In this document: in pieces, positions 1 to 10,229 of the stretch
Layout: every line of letters begins with the position of its first letter
Numbering within the stretch: position 1 is the first letter of the stretch
NCBI GenBank assembly: GCA_963667845.2
Contig: CAXXVL010000002.1
Location: forward strand, 736,001-800,000
DNA: 64,000 nucleotides
DNA from: Smithellaceae bacterium
GTDB lineage: Bacteria > Desulfobacterota > Syntrophia > Syntrophales > Smithellaceae
Direction of reading: 5' to 3'
The notes under the pieces: model-generated
The model's database searches: none
What the model was told of the DNA's origin: nothing
The model's input: the letters and a program-made list of their open reading frames with translations, nothing else
Made by a program: the position numbers and the translations under genes

Positions 1-1657
1 GGCGCGCGGCTTCGCTTTGTGGCAGGGCAATGACCTGTGACGTTCCTGATTTACCGCAAACATCAGTATTAGGCCTGCGCGCTTGGGCGCCTGTACCGCC
101 CGGTTCATTAACAACACCCCAGAGTGCGTGGCTCAAGATTGCCATGGTCGGCGGGCTCAGGCTTACTTCTCCCGTTTTTTCCGGCTTATATTCTTTAACA
201 ATACTATGGTCGGACAATTCTATCCGCTGAATCAGATGCGGTCGCCAGCGGGTTCCCCCATTGGCCAGAGCACTGTAAGCCTGTACCAGTTGCAAAGGGG
301 TTGTTAAATCGAATCCCTGGCCGATTGATATCGATATGGTTTCGCCAAGCTGCCAGGGTTCCTTCATCCGGGCAAGTTTCCAATCTCTCGTTGGCACGAG
401 ACCTTTTTTCTCATGGGCAAGTTCGATGCCCGTGAGTTCACCTAAACCAAAGAGTTTGGCATAGCGAGCTATTTTATCCACTCCGAGCATTTTCCCTACC
501 GTATAGAAATAGACATCGCACGATTCCACCAACGCCCGGTGCAGATTGACCGACCCATGTCCATGTTTTTTCCAACAATGATAGCTTCTATTCCCCAGTT
601 CGAAGGACCCATTGCAATTTACTTTAGTGTCGGGTGTAACTATGCCTTCCTCCAGGGCGGCTGCGGCCACGATCAGTTTGTACGTTGACCCGGGAGGATA
701 TTGTCCGGAAATGGCCCGGTTGGATAAAGGGTTCAGGGGATTTTTTTGTAGTTTTTCCCATTCCTCGCGGGCAATGCCACTATTGAATAAATTCGGGTCA
801 AAAGAAGGCAGACTGACCATTGCCAGGATAGAGCCGTCTCGCGGGTCCATAGCCACAGCCGCGCCGGCTTTACCTTCAAAAGCTTCCCAGGCCACTTTCT
901 GCAATTGAGCATCTATCGTCAATATGACATTCGCCCCGGAAACGGGATCAATCCGTCCCAAATTCTTGATAACCTTTCCAAAGGCATTGACTTCAACCAA
1001 TTCGTTGCCCCGATGGCCGCGAATATAAGAATCAAGAACTTTTTCGATGCCATACTTTCCAGTAATATCTCCTGACGAATAGTCCTCATCGGGGTTCTGC
1101 AATTCTTCTTTACTGACTTCACCCGTGTAGCCGATAATCGGAGCGATGATTTCCCCGTCCACATAAAGGCGGACCGGCGTCACATCGATGTAAACTCCCG
1201 GCAACTCAATCGTGTTTGCCTCTACCAGAGCGACTTTTTCGAAACTCACATTCTTTTCCAACCGGACGGGCAAATAGGGCTTCATTGTCTTCGGAAACGG
1301 TTGGTCTGAGGCGTAATCGATTGATTTGGTCTTATAAAGGTCCCTAATCTTCTGAATAAGCATCTCGGGGGCGACGCCTTTCGTCGGCATATATAGTACG
1401 TCAAACGACGGACGGTTATCCACAATGACTGCCCCATGGCGGTCCATCACCAAACCCCGCAAGGGTTGAATTTTGCGGAAACGAACGGCATTGTTTTCTG
1501 AACGCTGCTTGAGTTCATTCCCTTTGATAACCTGCAAGTACCACAGGCGAATCATCAATAGGGAAAGAACCAGACTCACCAGAATAACAACAACTTTAAG
1601 CTTCTGTCGAAATTCCGTTGGTTCCGGTCCGTTGTGCAGGTTGCATTGTTTTTCCAT
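1..1657 (-). CDS. mrdA: Penicillin-binding protein 2 (partial; runs off the window start)
   Basis: Manual translation from ATG 1657 gives MEKQCNLH...LMIRLWYLQVIKG, the SxxK motif (YPPGSTYK) and the KSGT motif; lies downstream of mreD. Not in the ORF track because no stop is in the window. Confidence 0.95.
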   Translation of the reverse strand, partial: MEKQCNLHNGPEPTEFRQKLKVVVILVSLVLSLLMIRLWYLQVIKGNELKQRSENNAVRFRKIQPLRGLVMDRHGAVIVDNRPSFDVLYMPTKGVAPEMLIQKIRDLYKTKSIDYASDQPFPKTMKPYLPVRLEKNVSFEKVALVEANTIELPGVYIDVTPVRLYVDGEIIAPIIGYTGEVSKEELQNPDEDYSSGDITGKYGIEKVLDSYIRGHRGNELVEVNAFGKVIKNLGRIDPVSGANVILTIDAQLQKVAWEAFEGKAGAAVAMDPRDGSILAMVSLPSFDPNLFNSGIAREEWEKLQKNPLNPLSNRAISGQYPPGSTYKLIVAAAALEEGIVTPDTKVNCNGSFELGNRSYHCWKKHGHGSVNLHRALVESCDVYFYTVGKMLGVDKIARYAKLFGLGELTGIELAHEKKGLVPTRDWKLARMKEPWQLGETISISIGQGFDLTTPLQLVQAYSALANGGTRWRPHLIQRIELSDHSIVKEYKPEKTGEVSLSPPTMAILSHALWGVVNEPGGTGAQARRPNTDVCGKSGTSQVIALPQSEAAR

Positions 1658-2135
1658 ACATCAATCCTTCTGCTTTGCGCATCAGGTAAAAAAAGCCGAC
1701 GGACAGAACACTGATGATCAAAGCCTGCGGCGCAAAAACAAAAAACATGTTACTCAACATGTCAAATTCAAATACAATATCGTAAATCAGTACGAGCGCC
1801 ACCGACTCAAGAAGAGAACAAATCAGGCTGAACAGGGCGATGAGATACAGCTTTTCCGAAACAATCCTCAATGAAACAAAAAAAGAAAGTAAAAAAATGC
1901 ATACATAGATCAGCGTAAATAAACCCAAAGGTGCTCCAGATATGCAGTCAAAGACAAACCCCATGATAAGAGAAAGGACAATCCCCTTCATTAAGTCCAA
2001 ACGAAATCCCGCATAAATCACAACAACAAGCGAGAGTTCCAGCGTCAGCCAGCCCGAGAAGAGGATATCGGCCAAAGTGGTCTGCAAAACGACCAGCAAA
2101 ATGGCGATTACAGGCAGAACGAGATAGTAAATCAT
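1596..2135 (-). CDS. mreD: Rod shape-determining protein MreD
   Basis: 179-aa hydrophobic protein between mreC and mrdA. Confidence 0.9.
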   Translation of the reverse strand: MIYYLVLPVIAILLVVLQTTLADILFSGWLTLELSLVVVIYAGFRLDLMKGIVLSLIMGFVFDCISGAPLGLFTLIYVCIFLLSFFVSLRIVSEKLYLIALFSLICSLLESVALVLIYDIVFEFDMLSNMFFVFAPQALIISVLSVGFFYLMRKAEGLMYGKTMQPAQRTGTNGISTEA

Positions 2136-2974
2136 TTTTTGGTTTTCATTTCCGCAGGAGCCTGTTTTTGATCCGTTAAAACCATGACTTCTTCCAGCAT
2201 CGCAAAATCAGCAAAGGGGACCACCCGGATTTGCAAAAACAATCCGACATCCATTCTATCTACATGGCTCACTTTGCCGACAAGCAATCCCTTGGGAAAA
2301 ATATTGCTCATTCCGGATGTCACAACCAAATCGCCTTCCTTCACATCCTGAATCTTTGAAATATACCGGATGACGCAGCCGCGTGATCCGGCGCCGCGGA
2401 CAATACCCTGCACCCTTGTCCGCTGAATCAGGACATCGACATTAGAGTTTTCATCAATGAGCAGAAGAACTTTCGAACTGCTCCAGGAGACATCCGTCAA
2501 TCTGCCGATTAAGCCGGGAGAAACAAGAACCGGCATTCCCGGAGCCAGGCCATGCGCACTGCCTTTGTTGATCCACAATGTTTTGGAAAGCGCCGCCTGT
2601 TCTTTGCCAATGACCCGGGCAGCTATAAAACTGCGTTGATGCTCTTCCTGTAATGAAAGGAGTTTTCTCAGTCGTTGCGCTTCCAGATATCCTTCTTTGT
2701 AAAGGATCAACTCCGATTGGATTACGGCTATTTTGTTCTTCAAATTTCGATTATCTTCTTCCAGGCCCACCAGATGAATATAACGCATCCACGCATTTTC
2801 AACGCCATCGATTGAAGCATTGAAAAATTTTTGAACAGGCGCAGCCACTTCCAGTATCAGCTTCTTTACCGGGCCTGTGCCCGTGTCGTATTTTATACTA
2901 TACGAAAGCAGAATAAGAGCGGCCGCAATAACTGCGCCCACAAAGATGACGGTTCGATAATTCTTAAAAACCAT
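2132..2974 (-). CDS. mreC: Rod shape-determining protein MreC
   Basis: N-terminal TM, coiled coil, INKGS..G and VVTSG...FPKGL motifs; operon context. Confidence 0.95.
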   Translation of the reverse strand: MVFKNYRTVIFVGAVIAAALILLSYSIKYDTGTGPVKKLILEVAAPVQKFFNASIDGVENAWMRYIHLVGLEEDNRNLKNKIAVIQSELILYKEGYLEAQRLRKLLSLQEEHQRSFIAARVIGKEQAALSKTLWINKGSAHGLAPGMPVLVSPGLIGRLTDVSWSSSKVLLLIDENSNVDVLIQRTRVQGIVRGAGSRGCVIRYISKIQDVKEGDLVVTSGMSNIFPKGLLVGKVSHVDRMDVGLFLQIRVVPFADFAMLEEVMVLTDQKQAPAEMKTKK

Positions 2975-3021
2975 TTCCTACCTGATATCTTCCGCCAGCA
3001 AAGACTGATTCGTTAACGACA

Positions 3022-4092
<1,071 letters not shown>

Positions 4093-4239
4093 TTATATAT
4101 TTTTTCGTCTATATCGTATTTCATTCCCCTAAGCAACGCATTTTTAAAATGTGTTTGCAATTTGTAAATGACTGTAATACTAACGATTCAGAGTTTACTC
4201 ATTTTTGATTTACTCAATATTCTCTTTCGAGGTGATTAT

Positions 4240-5835
4240 ATGCTGAAGTTCTTCCGCAAGCACGCACGAGGTTGGTTCATGCTTGTTTTCATGGCCATCA
4301 TTATTTTTGTTTTTGTTCTCTATTTCGGAACAGACAGAGGTTCGCGCGCGGCTAATGCCCTGGCCATTGTTGACGGCGTTCCGATCAGCGAAGCCGAATA
4401 TTATAGCGAATACTCAAAAATGACGGATGCGGTGAGAGCGCGATACGGTGGCGCCTTAACGGCCGATATGCTCAAACAAATGAATCTGAAAAAAGCCGCT
4501 TATGATAACCTGATCAACCGCCAGATCATCATTGCCAAAGCGCGCGATTTGAAGCTGCAAGTATCCGATGATGAGCTGAAACAAATGATTATGACTATGC
4601 CCGCCCTGCAAACAGACGGGAAGTTTGACAACTACAAATACAAACAATTACTTAGATTTAACAAGCTTTCGGCCGAAGATTTCGAGGCCAGCCAGAAAAT
4701 TAATCTGGCAGCGGGCAAAATTGAAGCGATCATCCAGGAGGGAATTAAAGTATCCGATCAGGAAGTGCTTGATCTCTATTCTATGCAAAACCAGAAAATC
4801 AACCTCGCTTTTGTTCAAATTTCAGACAAAGATTTCTCCGGGCGCATCAACCCGACAACCAGTGCTCTGGAAAATTACCTGAAAAACAACGGAAATGCAT
4901 TTCGCATTCCCGAGCAAGTAAAGATCAAGTACCTGTATTTTGCGGGCGACGTATTTTCGTCGGGCGAAATCAGTTCATCTGATATCAAGGATTATTACAG
5001 CCAGCATAAGGATAACTACAAAGGCAAAGACGGCAAACCCATGGGGCTGGAACAAGCGACACCGGCGATCATCAAAGAACTGAAACAGGGACGGGGTGTG
5101 CAGAATGCCTTCAGTGAAGCCAAGAAAGCACACGATACAATCTACCAGAAGAATAATTTCGATGCTTATGCCGCCGAAAACAATCTAAAGGTTCATACTG
5201 CCGATTTTTTCCCGCTGAACAAGCCGCCTCAGACGCTGGCCGCCGTGAAAGATCTGGCTGAACAGCTGTCCGGTTTGCAGAAAAATGATATCAGCAAGGT
5301 CCTAAACGGGGGGAATGGCTATTTCGTAATCTATATAGATGATCATAAGGCTGCCTATACTCCGCAACTCAAAGATATTGTCGACGAAGTACGGAAAGAA
5401 TATATCAAGAGCGAGCAGGATAAGATCGCCGGTGAGGAAGCTTCGGCAATGCTGGAGAAATTACAAAAAGGAGAAAGCTTGGAGAAACTGGCGGGGAAAA
5501 GCCTGAAGATTCAGGAAACCGGGTTATTTCAGCCCGGCAGCGTCATTCCAAAACTCGGTTCTCACCCGGAAGCCATGGAAATGCTTTTGTCACTTTCGTT
5601 GAAACACCCTTATGCAGAAAAGCCGTTAAAAATTGATAATACTTACGTAATTTTCAAGCTCAAAGAAATGAGTGCTCTGGAAACGAAAGATTTCGAAGCC
5701 AAGAAAGATATTTACAGGAAAGTGGCAATGAACTTGAAGCGGGAAGAAGCGATGAAATCATGGCTGGAAGGTAATAAGACCGCTATGATCCAGGAAAAAC
5801 GATTGAAGATCAATAAAGACGCAAAAGATTTATAA
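4240..5835 (+). CDS. ppiD: SurA N-terminal domain / PpiD-like periplasmic chaperone
   Basis: MLKFFRKH plus TM anchor, then SurA_N-like region (LINRQIII..A..LKLQVSDDEL); ATG at 4240 follows GAGGTG. Confidence 0.8.
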   Translation: MLKFFRKHARGWFMLVFMAIIIFVFVLYFGTDRGSRAANALAIVDGVPISEAEYYSEYSKMTDAVRARYGGALTADMLKQMNLKKAAYDNLINRQIIIAKARDLKLQVSDDELKQMIMTMPALQTDGKFDNYKYKQLLRFNKLSAEDFEASQKINLAAGKIEAIIQEGIKVSDQEVLDLYSMQNQKINLAFVQISDKDFSGRINPTTSALENYLKNNGNAFRIPEQVKIKYLYFAGDVFSSGEISSSDIKDYYSQHKDNYKGKDGKPMGLEQATPAIIKELKQGRGVQNAFSEAKKAHDTIYQKNNFDAYAAENNLKVHTADFFPLNKPPQTLAAVKDLAEQLSGLQKNDISKVLNGGNGYFVIYIDDHKAAYTPQLKDIVDEVRKEYIKSEQDKIAGEEASAMLEKLQKGESLEKLAGKSLKIQETGLFQPGSVIPKLGSHPEAMEMLLSLSLKHPYAEKPLKIDNTYVIFKLKEMSALETKDFEAKKDIYRKVAMNLKREEAMKSWLEGNKTAMIQEKRLKINKDAKDL

Positions 5836-5865
5836 AGGTTGACTGCACACCATCGATCCGAGTCG

Positions 5866-5905
5866 AAAAAAGGGAAGAACGATTGTTCGCGTTCTTCCCT
5901 TTTTT
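5866..5905. terminator. Bidirectional intrinsic terminator between ppiD and tRNA-Ala
   Basis: AAAAAAGGGAAGAACG ... CGTTCTTCCCTTTTTT inverted repeat. Confidence 0.85.
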
Positions 5906-5910
5906 GTTTT

Positions 5911-5986
<76 letters not shown>

Positions 5987-6053
5987 AATATGCATCACTG
6001 AATTGACGAGCCCCCTTAACATGTGCTTTTGCGGCTTGTCAACAGTTTTTAGC

Positions 6054-6081
6054 TTGACATTTTGCCCCCCGTCTATATAAT
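6054..6081 (+). promoter_or_regulatory. Sigma70 promoter of tRNA-Leu
   Basis: TTGACA (6054-6059), 16 nt, TATAAT (6076-6081), then a GC-rich discriminator. Confidence 0.8.
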
Positions 6082-6090
6082 CGCGCCCGT

Positions 6091-6178
6091 GCCGGAGTGG
6101 TGAAACTGGTAGACGCAGGGGACTCAAAATCCCCCTTTCCTTGCGAAAGTGTCGGTTCGATTCCGACCTCCGGCACCA
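6091..6178 (+). tRNA. tRNA-Leu (CAA)
   Basis: GCCGGAGTGGTGAAACTGGTAGACGC, anticodon arm GGGGA-CTCAAAA-TCCCC, long variable arm, GGTTCGATTCC, encoded CCA. Confidence 0.98.
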
Positions 6179-6433
6179 TATTATTGCAATTATCATAGCG
6201 AAACTTCGATTCGATTCGTCAAATCAAACGATCCTGTTTCCTTGACCTGAACGTAATTATCAGAGAATAAATCCCTTTGACATACATCTAAGAGCTTCTC
6301 GATTTTCCAAATCGAATTCTGTCACAGTTCCCCTTGACAGTCGAAGGAGCGTTTTCTATACTGTCGTAGTGGCTCTTTTAACTAAAATCTCCCTCCCTAT
6401 GGCAATCTTGCCTCGATTGATCAAAGGAATCCT

Positions 6434-8107
6434 ATGAAGACGTGCATAAAGAAAATTTTGATCCTTTTTGTTTTGGCCGGTATTTTCTATTCTTGGGGTT
6501 GCTCGTCTTCCGGAACGGATGGCAAACCAGCGGAAGTCAGTTTGACGGTAAAAGCGAACATCGCACTGTCGGATGCGGAGGATAATCCGTCAGTCGTTGA
6601 ACCAGTCGATGTCATACAATTAAGTTTCAGCAGGCAATTAAATGTCGATACCATTCAAGACAACATTGAGCTTGCCAGGATTAAAGTGTCGGGCGATGCG
6701 GAAATTATCCCTTGCCAAACGGAAAGTCTGCAAAACCAGGTTTTGGTGTTCAAACTGGACAGGACGAAGTTAAAGGAAGGCGAGGAATATAGACTTCTGG
6801 TCAAAAAGGGCATCTTATCGACCGATGGTGTGACATTGGCTGCGGATTTTATCGGATTCTTTGCAATCAGTCACTCTTTCAGCCTGGATAATGTGCCACT
6901 GACCGGTTTAACAGAAAGCCGGGCAGTAATTATGTGCATCAGCGACCTGCATCTGGGAGATGATCGCAGCTTCAACAGCGGTTATGGCTGGCTGAATGAT
7001 AATCGTTCATTACTGGCGGGCTTCCTCAATAGGGTCAGATTGTCACCTAACATAAAAGAATTGGTCATTGCGGGGGATTTGTTTGATGAATGGGTTGCTC
7101 CCATGGACGTAGACCCGTTAAATGGAAAGTCGCAATCGGAGTTCCTGAATTCCATTGTAACATCCAACCAGAACATCATCGATGCGCTGAACAATATCAT
7201 TCAAGACGGTTTAATTAAAGTAACCTACGTTCCCGGCAATCACGACATGCTGGTGACATCCGGAGATATCGATAGAATTTTCCCGGGCATCGCGCAGGCC
7301 CGGGATGCGGAGGGACTGGGCAAATATACCCCGCCGGACAGGCAGGAAATTATTATCGAGCACGGGCACCGATACGACTTCTATAATGCTCCGGATCCCA
7401 TTTCGAATCAGGGCATAACTGCATCCCCCCTGTTGCCGCCCGGCTTCTTTGTTTCGAAAATTGCGGCAACATCGGACTTGAAGCAAACCTCAAGCAGAGA
7501 AACACGAATGCCGATCGCACCAGAGAAACCCAAGGGAAGCGATTTTAAATATTGGCTTTACCTGGGAGCCTGGGAAGTCATCCTGTCTCAAAAACCGGTT
7601 GAAGTGCCGCGGAGCGCCAAAATCATTAAAACAGGGATAAACGGATATACAGCCCTGTATGCGATTAACGACCTGGTTCCGCAGGATATCGGCCGTGGAA
7701 TACTGGATGTCAACCTATATAAAGATATCGAAGATACGTGGCCGGACAGGCAGACGAGAAATCTTGTGCCGAGTCATATTTCAACTGCGGAAGCAGTTGC
7801 CGCCGGAGCACTCAATATTGTATTAGACGCTCAGGCACTGAAACAATATATTTTAGCTCCCGCCTCTCTGAAGAGAATCGTCGTCTTCGGGCATACCCAC
7901 AAAACAATTCTCGTTCAATACCCTCTCTATAAAGCCGTCTATATCAACACCGGAACGTGGATTGACAGCGTTTCTCCGGCGGCAACATTTGCCATCATCG
8001 TTCCGCCGCAGAGTGACATGCCCGCAAGTTATCTGGCAACGTATCAGTATTTAAACGATGGGAGTATTAAGAGATTGGATCATGCCGTCATTACCTACAA
8101 ACAATAG
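6434..8107 (+). CDS. Lipoprotein with Ig-like domain and calcineurin-like metallophosphoesterase
   Basis: Lipobox-like SWGC; Ig-like (Big_5-type) segment; metallophosphoesterase motifs DLH, GDLFD, GNHD, HGH, GHTH. Confidence 0.8.
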   Translation: MKTCIKKILILFVLAGIFYSWGCSSSGTDGKPAEVSLTVKANIALSDAEDNPSVVEPVDVIQLSFSRQLNVDTIQDNIELARIKVSGDAEIIPCQTESLQNQVLVFKLDRTKLKEGEEYRLLVKKGILSTDGVTLAADFIGFFAISHSFSLDNVPLTGLTESRAVIMCISDLHLGDDRSFNSGYGWLNDNRSLLAGFLNRVRLSPNIKELVIAGDLFDEWVAPMDVDPLNGKSQSEFLNSIVTSNQNIIDALNNIIQDGLIKVTYVPGNHDMLVTSGDIDRIFPGIAQARDAEGLGKYTPPDRQEIIIEHGHRYDFYNAPDPISNQGITASPLLPPGFFVSKIAATSDLKQTSSRETRMPIAPEKPKGSDFKYWLYLGAWEVILSQKPVEVPRSAKIIKTGINGYTALYAINDLVPQDIGRGILDVNLYKDIEDTWPDRQTRNLVPSHISTAEAVAAGALNIVLDAQALKQYILAPASLKRIVVFGHTHKTILVQYPLYKAVYINTGTWIDSVSPAATFAIIVPPQSDMPASYLATYQYLNDGSIKRLDHAVITYKQ

Positions 8108-8247
8108 CTTGGCAAGTTAGGCTATTGTTGGCAAGTCTTCTATTGACGCTTAACAAAGTTTCTTCCTTAGGTCTTCTTCCGGTAAGAGATTGGGTGATCT
8201 CCGGAAAAAGTTTCAGTCAGCTATCAGCTTCGATGCCAGCGTCGCAA

Positions 8248-9201
8248 TCAATTTTTGAAGTCAGTTGGAACTGCCTTGTAGTCTTTTAAGAAATCGACAA
8301 ATGTTTGATGGTGCCTGCGAAACTCAAATTGCTTGAGATAAATTAAATAAAATCTGCGCTCAATGCGGCAAGCGACAATCGGAATCTCGAAAAGCGTTTT
8401 CGAGGCCAATTCTCTTCTCACTGCATGAATGGAAAGGACGGATACACCAAGCCCGGCCATAATCGCTTCCTTGATCGCCTCGGAGCTGCCGAATTCCGCG
8501 CAAATGTTGAATTGCGAAATGCCCGTTGACTTCTTTTCTTTAAGATACTTTTCGAAAACATCCCGCGTCGCTGATCCTTTTTCCCGGAGAACAAATGGCT
8601 CATTCATCAATTCGGAAAGGTCTATTAAACCTCTCCTGACCCAGGGATGAAGTCGGGGAACCACCAGAACCAGCCGATCGCTCCAGATGGGTTCCGCTTT
8701 CAGTTTCCGGTCGAGAGGCTCTTTACCGATGCAGCCGATCTCGACTTCGCGATCCAGCACCATATTCAATACTTCTTCACTGTCCTCCGTTTTGATGAAG
8801 ATCCGGGTATCGGCGTGCTGCTTTTTAAAGGAACTTACGACGTGGGGAAGAATATAGGTTGCGGGAATAGTACTCGCACCAATATAGATATCGCCTCCTG
8901 CATGCTCATGTAACGTCTGAATTTTTTCGCCCGCTTCTTTCCTCAGCTTGATCATCCGCAACGCTACGTCGTAAAGGATCTTCCCTTCCGGTGTCAAAGA
9001 AACGCCCGTATTGCTGCGGTTGACCACTTTCACGCCGAGGCAAACTTCGATGTTGCGGATATTTTTTGTAAGTGCGGGCTGCGTTAACAGCATGCTTTTG
9101 GCCGCCCGGCTGAAACTGCGCTCTTCAACCAAAGCAATGAGTGCCTCCAATTGCTGAAGTGTAATATTTTTGAATCGGTCGTTTGTCATGTCCAGTGACA
9201 T
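8248..9201 (-). CDS. LysR-family regulator (CysL / selenium-metabolism-associated type)
   Basis: HTH SFSRAAKSMLLTQPALT; GASTIP, REKGSATR and GSSEAIKEAI motifs; start uncertain (9189 or 9201). Confidence 0.9.
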   Translation of the reverse strand: MSLDMTNDRFKNITLQQLEALIALVEERSFSRAAKSMLLTQPALTKNIRNIEVCLGVKVVNRSNTGVSLTPEGKILYDVALRMIKLRKEAGEKIQTLHEHAGGDIYIGASTIPATYILPHVVSSFKKQHADTRIFIKTEDSEEVLNMVLDREVEIGCIGKEPLDRKLKAEPIWSDRLVLVVPRLHPWVRRGLIDLSELMNEPFVLREKGSATRDVFEKYLKEKKSTGISQFNICAEFGSSEAIKEAIMAGLGVSVLSIHAVRRELASKTLFEIPIVACRIERRFYLIYLKQFEFRRHHQTFVDFLKDYKAVPTDFKN

Positions 9202-9364
9202 AACATAAATATTTTCCCTCCACAAAGCCTATATCGACTGATCCTGATTGGCGTGGTCGTCGACCTTTTTCAATAACGCCTCTTACCGGATTATGATATG
9301 ATTTGTCGCGACATGAGAAAACCTCCGGATGATTTCCGGACGATAAAATACGAAGGAGGAATTT

Positions 9365-10153
9365 ATGAAACTCACGGAAATCTTTTCACTCAAGGGAAAA
9401 GTGGCGCTGGTCACAGGCGGCGGCCGCGGCATCGGTAAATTCATTGCCACAGGGCTTGCCGAAGCGGGAGCCGATATCATTCTGACTTCCCGCAAGTTAA
9501 AAGATCTTGAAGAAACAGCCGGACAATTGGCGACCGATTTCAAAGTGAAGGCGGTGGCGATCGCTTCAGACATGGCCAAAGAAGACACCGTCGAGTCGAT
9601 GCTTCAGGAAGCCATGAAGAAATTCGGACGCATCGATATTCTGGTCAACAATGCCGGTGCAACCTGGGGCGCTCCTACGCTGGATTTTCCACTGGAGAAA
9701 TGGGATCAGCTTTTCAATGTTAACGTTCGCGGTGTCTGGGTGCTGACTCAGAAAGTCGCCCGCATCATGAAGGAACAGGGCGGCGGCAATATCATCAATA
9801 TTTCTTCGGTGATGGCGTTTCGCGGTTCCACGGAAGAAGGCCACCCAGCTGTACCTTATAATTCAACGAAAGCCGCGATCAATCTTTTGACGATGAATCT
9901 AGCTGTAAAGCTTGCTCCTTTCAACATACGCGTTAACGCGATTGCGCCGGGATTCTTCCACACGGATATGATGGCCTATATCGATAAGCCTGAATTTAAA
10001 AGGGTGCGAGATGCTATTCTTCATGAAATTCCGCTGCGTCGCGTCGGAGAAATGGACGACATGAAAGGCGCCGCTGTATTCCTAGCCTCACCCGCTTCGG
10101 CTTTCATAACCGGCCACATTATGGTTGTCGACGGCGGCCAGATCGCTAAATAG
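9365..10153 (+). CDS. Classical short-chain dehydrogenase/reductase
   Basis: TGGGRGIG, NNAG, YxxxK (YNSTK), VDGG; GGAGG RBS. Confidence 0.95.
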   Translation: MKLTEIFSLKGKVALVTGGGRGIGKFIATGLAEAGADIILTSRKLKDLEETAGQLATDFKVKAVAIASDMAKEDTVESMLQEAMKKFGRIDILVNNAGATWGAPTLDFPLEKWDQLFNVNVRGVWVLTQKVARIMKEQGGGNIINISSVMAFRGSTEEGHPAVPYNSTKAAINLLTMNLAVKLAPFNIRVNAIAPGFFHTDMMAYIDKPEFKRVRDAILHEIPLRRVGEMDDMKGAAVFLASPASAFITGHIMVVDGGQIAK

Positions 10154-10188
10154 ACGCATGAGATTGCCGCGGTACCTCGCCGAAAAAG

Positions 10189-10226
10189 AAAAAGCCCGAT
10201 TGTCGACATGGGCAATCGGGCTTTTT
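10189..10226. terminator. Bidirectional terminator between SDR and mtrB-like gene
   Basis: AAAAAGCCCGATTG...CAATCGGGCTTTTT. Confidence 0.85.
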
Positions 10227-10229
10227 CCA

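Noticed and set aside
6091..8250. Integrative element at tRNA-Leu
   Set aside because: No integrase, and I found no duplicated tRNA 3' end in the window.
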